From a virus (taxonomy: Duplodnaviria > Caudoviricetes): DNA of 64,000 bases. The notes beneath the pieces are model-generated. The model was not told the origin of the DNA. It saw only the letters and a program-made list of their open reading frames with translations, and made no database searches. The position numbers and the translations under genes were made by a program. Positions 57,769 to 64,000 of the stretch are shown here, piece after piece; the stretch's first letter is position 1, and each line of letters begins with the position of its first letter. The stretch spans positions 1-64,000 of IMG/VR virus record IMGVR_UViG_3300043409_003130; one strand, given 5' to 3'.

Positions 57769-57794
57769 AACTTGCCTATTTTTTTTAGTAAGAT
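57768..57794 (+). promoter_or_regulatory. Candidate promoter AAAC-N14-TAGTAAGAT
   Basis: Variant of the recurrent motif upstream of 57821. Confidence 0.4.
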
Positions 57795-57820
57795 AATCTA
57801 AATATTAAACTAAATAATTT

Positions 57821-58345
57821 ATGAAACAAACAAAAGACCTAATTACTGATTCACTAGTAATGGATGCGCCTGATACTGAAATAGTTGCAGGACCTGAGTC
57901 ATCTACCGAAACTACCACTGAGCCTGAGGCTAAAGAAATGTCAGAAGTTGACAAATTAATTAATAAGCGTACTGGCTATTGGGCTGTTAATTTAGACTTG
58001 GCTGATTTAAAATGGATTAAAAATGGCTGCAATAACAAATTTCCATTTACTGGTCCAAATGAGGCTTTTATGTTAATGAATTGCTACTTAGGATTTGCCT
58101 CTGCAATTGGAACGCTAGAGGCAGCAACGAATAGCGGAATTGATAACTCTACTGCAAATTTATCAGCATCTGCAATTGAAGCCTGTGCCTTAATTTTAAA
58201 TAGATATGATGGCTCTGGATTAGATACTGCTCAACGAGTATTTAGAATTGCAATTGCATTAAATAATGTAATTATGGAAATGAAATCATTAGATTCTCAA
58301 ATTGCAAAATTACGAGAAGCTGAAACCACTCCAGACTCTAATTAA
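57821..58345 (+). CDS. Hypothetical protein
   Basis: 174-aa ORF with acidic N-terminus and coiled-coil C-terminus. Confidence 0.6.
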   Translation: MKQTKDLITDSLVMDAPDTEIVAGPESSTETTTEPEAKEMSEVDKLINKRTGYWAVNLDLADLKWIKNGCNNKFPFTGPNEAFMLMNCYLGFASAIGTLEAATNSGIDNSTANLSASAIEACALILNRYDGSGLDTAQRVFRIAIALNNVIMEMKSLDSQIAKLREAETTPDSN

Positions 58346-58548
58346 TGGGATATCATAAGCGATTATTAGATATTGATCTAATTAAATTAGCAGCAGCTTC
58401 ATCTAGCCATGAATTATTTGAAAAATACATGACTGCTGCAGATGCCTATTCATTTATGGATACTGAGTCCTCTATTCTTTGGGATAAATATTCAAATGGA
58501 AATGCTAAAAATAGACTAAAACTCTATAATACAATTAAACTAATGTAA
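58345..58548 (+). CDS. Small hypothetical protein
   Basis: 67-aa ORF, TAATG-coupled. Confidence 0.55.
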   Translation: MGYHKRLLDIDLIKLAAASSSHELFEKYMTAADAYSFMDTESSILWDKYSNGNAKNRLKLYNTIKLM

Positions 58549-58567
58549 AATCGTTTTATTTCAAATT

Positions 58568-58593
58568 AAAAAGCCGCATTAGCGGCTTTTTTT
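58568..58593. terminator. Bidirectional intrinsic terminator
   Basis: AAAAAGCCGC-ATTA-GCGGCTTTTTTT between convergent genes. Confidence 0.85.
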
Positions 58594-59706
58594 GGTAAGA
58601 TCCTTTAATAGTCGTTTGGCATAGTCAACTGGCCTTTGAATTGCAGTTTTTCTAATATCAGGTAATATTTTAAATAAATTTCTTCCTGGAATTGAATTTA
58701 CCTCTAACATGTAGATTTCGCCACTTTGATCTATTAAAAAATCCAATCCAACTTCGCCAATCGGACCAGACTTTTTATCTAAAATATCAAATATTACCTG
58801 TGATGAATCTCTAATTGACTGGGCAATCGGGCCGTCTATGTCTTGGTTAAATATTGATTTTAAAATATTACTTAGGGTTTCTTTACTGCCGCCTTGATGT
58901 AAATTTGCTGTAATTTTACTGGGCTTAGCCAATCTAACTGCCATACCTGTTCGTATAGGTTTTTTAGCCTTATCTCGTTGATATATTACCCTAACGTCAA
59001 ATACTCCTCCGTTATATTGAGGTAGAGCAATACACTCCTGAATAATATAGGTTCGGCCATTAGACCTCATGCTTTTACGAACTTCATCAATACGGTCTAC
59101 TAAATTTAAGTCAGTTGCCGTGGTTGACTTATCTAAATATTTAATTAAATAGCCTGACTCTTTTTTAGCTACCTTAATTATACCTTTACCGCCGGATCCA
59201 AATCTAGGTTTAATAATTGCTTCTGGGTAATTACTCATAAACCTAATAAGATTAGATTTACTGTATTTTTGGGTATGCGGAATCTTTAATTTGCCAAGGT
59301 CTTCATTTATTAAGGTTTTGTGTGTTAAATATTTATCAAGTGAAACTTTTCTAAAATCTGGACTGTTTAGCGGAGTACACCCAAGATTTAATAAAAATCG
59401 GGTATTTGAAGTTTTACCGGTATTGGTTTTATTTTTAAAGCTTCTATCATAAAATACCGCAGGTAGTCCTCTAACTGATGAGGTCCAATCATCATTAACT
59501 AGGGTCCAGGCAGTACAGCCAGTTGAGGTAAAGTCAGTAAATACAAATGCATCAATCTCTGAGTCATTTGCATATTGAATTAATTCTTTAAAATAGCCGG
59601 TTTGTTCACCAAATTGAGAGTCCTCACCGGTGTCACCAAGTATCCCAAATGCCTGATCCTGTGCAGTTGAATCTAAATATTCTGCAAATTCAAAAAGATA
59701 CTTCAT
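58579..59706 (-). CDS. YheC/YheD-like ATP-grasp ligase
   Basis: FYDRS, DKYLTH, IIKPRFGSGGKGI, YIIQECI, FDVRVIYQR, ITANLHQGG and EVGLDFLID...LEVNSIPG motifs. Confidence 0.88.
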   Translation of the reverse strand: MKYLFEFAEYLDSTAQDQAFGILGDTGEDSQFGEQTGYFKELIQYANDSEIDAFVFTDFTSTGCTAWTLVNDDWTSSVRGLPAVFYDRSFKNKTNTGKTSNTRFLLNLGCTPLNSPDFRKVSLDKYLTHKTLINEDLGKLKIPHTQKYSKSNLIRFMSNYPEAIIKPRFGSGGKGIIKVAKKESGYLIKYLDKSTTATDLNLVDRIDEVRKSMRSNGRTYIIQECIALPQYNGGVFDVRVIYQRDKAKKPIRTGMAVRLAKPSKITANLHQGGSKETLSNILKSIFNQDIDGPIAQSIRDSSQVIFDILDKKSGPIGEVGLDFLIDQSGEIYMLEVNSIPGRNLFKILPDIRKTAIQRPVDYAKRLLKDLTKKSR

Positions 59707-59796
59707 ATTAATTTATTTATCTCTACTGTGTTCTATATAAATAACTATGTATAACTAAGATATTATTTAGTTAATTATAAAAAAGTAAATAAATTT

Positions 59797-60828
59797 ATGA
59801 TATTTAAATCATTTAATCAGTTTATAACCGAATCAAATTCAGCAAGTTTAGTACCGGTTAATGAAGGTATTTTTCAACAGGACGTAGTTTTTAAACTTAA
59901 AAAAAGAACAGCAGACGAAGACGGCGGTGAACGTGCTAAGCTTTCAATGATTGCAAAAGTTAATCCACCAAACGGTACTCCTGAACCTGCAGCAATAGAG
60001 TTAGTTAGACAAATGGCTCAAGATAAATTAGCAAATGATGCACTATTTAAAGTATCAACGGAAGGTAATATTGTATTTATTACAATAGATAAAAATAGAC
60101 AAAGATTTGTGATTAATGACCAGGCAATATTAATTGCCGTACTATCATTTAGAAATTCTGATAATTTTGATATGTCAAAGGCCGATAGTTTAAACTTAAA
60201 ACCGTTTATGATAGCCGGTGATATACAAATTTGGGAAGACAAAGATATGGCTGCCTTATCTAAATTAAATGTAACTAACCCCATTAAACAAGGGAAAAAT
60301 CAAGAGATTATTGATGATGAGCATAAAGAGAATAAAGAGAATAAGCAGACTGATCAAACTCCAATTAAGTTACCTACTGCTGATTCTGATGTATTGGCAT
60401 TTTTAAAAGAAAAGCTGTTAGGCGATGCTGGAAAAGTAGTTGAATCAGTTAATGGCACAGTTGCACTTGCTAAATCTGGAATAAAGAGTAGAGAAGTAAA
60501 ATTTGCCCAGTTAATATTATTAGCTCCTGAATTTAGTAAAGAATTACCTAATATAAAACTTGCAAGTACGCTAGGTTCAGCAGACGGATCCTACGGACCA
60601 AAAACAGCAGCGGCATATGGTCTTCTACTTGATGGTAAGTCAGATACTTCACGTAATTCGCTTGAAGTAGCCGACATTGAAAAACTTGCTCAATACTGTA
60701 CCTTAGTTAAATTAACCAAACCTAGATTACAACAAATATGGGATGCATCTGAGTTAAAAACTGGAGGTGAAGATAAATCCGATACCAGCGGTAAGGACGG
60801 GTCATTTACCTTTGTTAATAAACCTTAA
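59797..60828 (+). CDS. Protein with peptidoglycan-binding-like domain
   Basis: EVKFAQLIL...ADGSYGPKTAAA resembles PG_binding_1; leader MIFKSFNQFITES. Confidence 0.55.
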   Translation: MIFKSFNQFITESNSASLVPVNEGIFQQDVVFKLKKRTADEDGGERAKLSMIAKVNPPNGTPEPAAIELVRQMAQDKLANDALFKVSTEGNIVFITIDKNRQRFVINDQAILIAVLSFRNSDNFDMSKADSLNLKPFMIAGDIQIWEDKDMAALSKLNVTNPIKQGKNQEIIDDEHKENKENKQTDQTPIKLPTADSDVLAFLKEKLLGDAGKVVESVNGTVALAKSGIKSREVKFAQLILLAPEFSKELPNIKLASTLGSADGSYGPKTAAAYGLLLDGKSDTSRNSLEVADIEKLAQYCTLVKLTKPRLQQIWDASELKTGGEDKSDTSGKDGSFTFVNKP

Positions 60829-60849
60829 ATATTTAAAAAAATTCCAAAT

Positions 60850-62505
60850 ATGAAACATATAAATTTAACAAACTATGCAATTCTTACTGAGAATAAAAGT
60901 AGTGGATACTATTCAGTAACTGAAGCTGATATTGTTGCACCAAAGATTGCGGCAAAACCACTCTCAATTGATGCTGGAGACTCTGAAGAAATTAAGGCAA
61001 TAAAGGGTGTAATTATTAACAAGACTCCAGTTGAGGCATTTAATGCATTAACCGCAGGAGCTACTGCTTTAGCTGCTTCTACTTCTGTAAAATCAGTAGT
61101 TGATATTACAATTGATACTAAAACCTATAAGGTTGACTTAAATAAAATAGCTGATACAAAACCTTCTCAAATTTGGATTGACTATGACAGTGCAAGTCTA
61201 AAATTAATTGAAGGCTTAAATTTAGAATATATTACAAATTATATAAGGGAACAAACCGAGGGTATTGGAACAGCTGAGGAAGAACTTGCCTCAATGGCTG
61301 GTGCAATATACGCATATTGTAGAGAAAACGGTGGCAATACTAAAGCCGTAATGGCAGCAGTTGCAGACTACTATACTAAAAATAAAGGTCAAGAATTTTA
61401 TTCAATGTTAGATGATGACTTTGATGGTTCTCCTAAAGTATTAGTTGATGCCTTATTTGGAAAAACTGTTACTCAAGATCAAATTAATACTGCATTAATG
61501 GTGGATGCAGGTCAAAGTTTATTAGTTGATTTAACAATTATGTTAGGAACTTGGGGATTAACGGCCCTTAGTGCTGGCGCCGCTGCTCCAGCTGCGGCTG
61601 TTCAAACTGCTAGGGTTGGATCTACCTTAAAAAATATATTTACTTTTGGAAAATCCGCAAGGACAGCCAAAGCTTTAGAAACTGGAATTGTTGCAGCTGA
61701 AACTGCATTAACTGGAGCTAAGCTACTAACTGGTGCTAATAAACTAAGACAACTAGGCTCTGCAATTAGTCTAAGTGCCGAAGAGGTTAAATTAATACAG
61801 GGTGTTAAAAATGCATCTCAGATTAATAGGTTCCTAACTGCAACCAAAGGCGGTTCCATGAGTTTGAATGGACAAAAAATGGCAGCTGAACTTGCAGCAG
61901 ATTCTCCTGGTTTTTTTAAATCAATTAAGGAGCTATTTAAAATTTCTCCAGGTGTAGTAACCAAATTAGTTGCAGCAGTTGGTGGTCCTAAAACTGCTAC
62001 ATTAATCGCAACTGCGCCTGGAGCAATAGATACTATTCTTGATACCACTGCCTGGGTAACCAGTAATCCAGAAGATGAAAATGAAACTGGTTCAAGTACT
62101 GATATTAGCGAAGATGGTATTAATAAACTTGTAAATGCACTATATAATGAGGCTAAGAGCGGAACTTTTGGATATACAGATGGAGGCGCTGAACTTAAAA
62201 TTGCATTTTTAATGTTGAGTTTAACTCCACAAACATATGAGTTAGTAGATAAAGCCTGGACAATTTCATATGGCGATAAATACGGAAATTTATATGATTC
62301 ATGTGTTGCTGGAGAATTAGATTTTGATCTATTTGATTTAGTTAATGGCTATTTAGGTAGTTTTGGAAAAGGCGAACTTGCCGGACAGGTTGCAAAACTT
62401 AAAGCTAATATAGCTAAGCCAGCTAGCGCTGAACCAGTAAAACCAATAAAGGAGTCAATTACACAAGCTAGGCTAAAAACGTTTAATGATTTTTACAAAA
62501 AATAG
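60850..62505 (+). CDS. Protein with two annexin-like repeats flanking a hydrophobic Ala-rich segment
   Basis: IREQTEGIGTAEEEL...YYTKNKGQEFYSMLDDDF and LYNEAKSGTFGYTD...YGNLYD..AGELD resemble annexin GxGT(D/E)E repeats. Confidence 0.5.
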   Translation: MKHINLTNYAILTENKSSGYYSVTEADIVAPKIAAKPLSIDAGDSEEIKAIKGVIINKTPVEAFNALTAGATALAASTSVKSVVDITIDTKTYKVDLNKIADTKPSQIWIDYDSASLKLIEGLNLEYITNYIREQTEGIGTAEEELASMAGAIYAYCRENGGNTKAVMAAVADYYTKNKGQEFYSMLDDDFDGSPKVLVDALFGKTVTQDQINTALMVDAGQSLLVDLTIMLGTWGLTALSAGAAAPAAAVQTARVGSTLKNIFTFGKSARTAKALETGIVAAETALTGAKLLTGANKLRQLGSAISLSAEEVKLIQGVKNASQINRFLTATKGGSMSLNGQKMAAELAADSPGFFKSIKELFKISPGVVTKLVAAVGGPKTATLIATAPGAIDTILDTTAWVTSNPEDENETGSSTDISEDGINKLVNALYNEAKSGTFGYTDGGAELKIAFLMLSLTPQTYELVDKAWTISYGDKYGNLYDSCVAGELDFDLFDLVNGYLGSFGKGELAGQVAKLKANIAKPASAEPVKPIKESITQARLKTFNDFYKK

Positions 62506-62525
62506 TTTTACTTAAATAAATTTTT

Positions 62526-62554
62526 AAAAAAGCTGAAGAAATTCGGCTTTTTTT
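62526..62554 (+). terminator. Intrinsic terminator
   Basis: AAAAAAGCTGAA-GAAA-TTCGGCTTTTTTT. Confidence 0.8.
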
Positions 62555-62577
62555 GTTTTATTTAGTATAATAGTTTT

Positions 62578-63873
62578 ATGCAAAATGATTTTATACAGTT
62601 ACAAAACTTTATTGAAGAGATGAAATCTAACTCTTCAGTCCTTATAAAGAAAGAGATTCTATTAAAATATGATTCTCCATTCTTAAGAAAAATATTTGAA
62701 TATACCTATTCTCCATTTAAACAGTACCATGTAACCTCTGCTAATCTTAAAAAGCGATCAGATCTAACCCTAGTATATAACTATAATGACTTATTTCAGT
62801 TACTTGATGATCTAAACGATAAGCATGTGACTGGCCACACTGCAATTCAGTGTGTTAATGGTTTTATTGCAACATATCCGGAGTTCTCAAATGTCATCTA
62901 TGATATTGTTGATCGTAATATAAAAACCCGAGCAACGGCCACCCTAATTAATTCAGTTTTACCTGGAACAGTTCCAACTTTTAATGTAGCCTTGGCTGAA
63001 AAATTTGAATCTGCTGAAAAAAAGATAGACTTTGAGACTCAAACCTGGTGGGCAAGCCGTAAACTTGATGGAGTCAGGTGTATTGCAGTTATCGATAAGG
63101 CTGGAGAAATAAAGTTTTTTTCCAGACAAGGTAAAGAGTTTTTAACCTTGGCTAATCTAGCTACTGATCTTAAAAAATTAGGCTTAAGGTCAACTGTGCT
63201 GGACGGAGAAGTTTGCCTAATGCAAGAGTCTGGTCTTGAAGATTTTCAGGGTGTAATAAAAGAAATTGGTAAAAAAGATCACGTAATTAAGTCTCCAAAA
63301 TATCATATATTTGACCTATTAACGCTTGATGAATTTGAAAAAGGTATTGGCGAAATATCATTAACTGCCAGGCTGGTAATAATAAGTAAACTATTTGAAG
63401 AGGTAGAACTTGAATTTGCCGAGCCACTGTATCAGTTTAAAGTAGAGAGTCGTGATCATTTTGAAGTATTAGTAGCTGATGCATCAGCAATGGGCTATGA
63501 AGGTATAATGATTAGACATGATGTTGGGTATGAAGGCCGTCGCTCAAAAAATCTGTTAAAAGTTAAAAAGATGCATGATGCTGAGTATACAGTAACTGGA
63601 CTAGATTCAGGTATAAATCGTATTATTGATGCAGGTAAAGAGGTTGAAGAGGTTATGTTAAAGGCTGTAATCGTAGAGCATAAGGGCAATACGGTAAGAG
63701 TTGGTTCAGGTTTTAATCTTGAACAGCGCAGGTATTATCATCAAAACCCAAATGAAATTTTAGGTAAAATAATAACAGTACAATTTTTTGAAGAAAGTCA
63801 AGATATGAAAGGTAATTTTTCTCTCAGATTCCCAGTATTCAAAGGTATATACGGAAAAGCTAGAGAATTTTAA
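62578..63873 (+). CDS. lig: ATP-dependent DNA ligase
   Basis: KLDGVRC (motif I), FSRQGK, VLDGEV, IFDLL, EGIMIR, LLKVK, VGSGF and SLRFP. Confidence 0.95.
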   Translation: MQNDFIQLQNFIEEMKSNSSVLIKKEILLKYDSPFLRKIFEYTYSPFKQYHVTSANLKKRSDLTLVYNYNDLFQLLDDLNDKHVTGHTAIQCVNGFIATYPEFSNVIYDIVDRNIKTRATATLINSVLPGTVPTFNVALAEKFESAEKKIDFETQTWWASRKLDGVRCIAVIDKAGEIKFFSRQGKEFLTLANLATDLKKLGLRSTVLDGEVCLMQESGLEDFQGVIKEIGKKDHVIKSPKYHIFDLLTLDEFEKGIGEISLTARLVIISKLFEEVELEFAEPLYQFKVESRDHFEVLVADASAMGYEGIMIRHDVGYEGRRSKNLLKVKKMHDAEYTVTGLDSGINRIIDAGKEVEEVMLKAVIVEHKGNTVRVGSGFNLEQRRYYHQNPNEILGKIITVQFFEESQDMKGNFSLRFPVFKGIYGKAREF

Positions 63874-63876
63874 AAT

Positions 63877-64000
63877 ATGAAACACAAACGAATAATATTA
63901 GTAGGCAAGGCTGCAAGCGGCAAAGACTATATTCGTAAAACATTTGAGGCTCAAGGTTTTAAATATGCAGTAAGCTATACAACTAGACCTCCAAGACCAG
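63877..64000 (+). CDS. gmk: Guanylate kinase-like protein, 3'-truncated
   Basis: MKHKRIILVGKAASGKD...VSYTTRPPRP: P-loop plus the TTRPPR guanylate kinase signature; not in the ORF track. Confidence 0.85.
   Translation, partial: MKHKRIILVGKAASGKDYIRKTFEAQGFKYAVSYTTRPPRP

Noticed and set aside
1-64000. Stop-codon reassignment, as seen in some jumbo and crAss-like phages
   Set aside because: Code 11 gives near-complete coding density, and TAA, TGA and TAG all end genes at sensible boundaries.

Overview
AT-rich, densely coded segment of a large T4-like (jumbo) myophage genome in genetic code 11. A Bacteroidota host is likely but inferred. The window holds virion morphogenesis genes: neck gp14-like, gp3/gp15-like tail completion, gp6-like baseplate wedge, TerS/TerL, a gp26-like chaperone, a tape-measure-like protein and a scaffold-like protein. 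It also carries phoH, an ECF sigma factor, a tmRNA with an unusually long 25-aa tag, an amidoligase, ATP-grasp, Nudix and nucleotidyltransferase enzymes, a DNA ligase and the start of a guanylate kinase. The main candidate system lies at about 11-31 kb. Giant Ser/Thr-rich putative virion proteins (a mucin-like Thr/Pro protein and a 3011-aa protein with about 869 Gly-X-Ser triplets) are interleaved with two protein-glycosyltransferase-like genes. One resembles plant peptidyl-serine galactosyltransferase/HPAT; the other is a GT4 domain fused to an Aah/TibC-type serine heptosyltransferase. This suggests a phage-encoded virion O-glycosylation ('glycan coat') system. Other signals are two candidate programmed frameshifts missed by the ORF track, two promoter classes, and T4 capsid-targeting-like leaders on several enzymes. 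All family assignments come from motif recognition by eye; no database searches were run.
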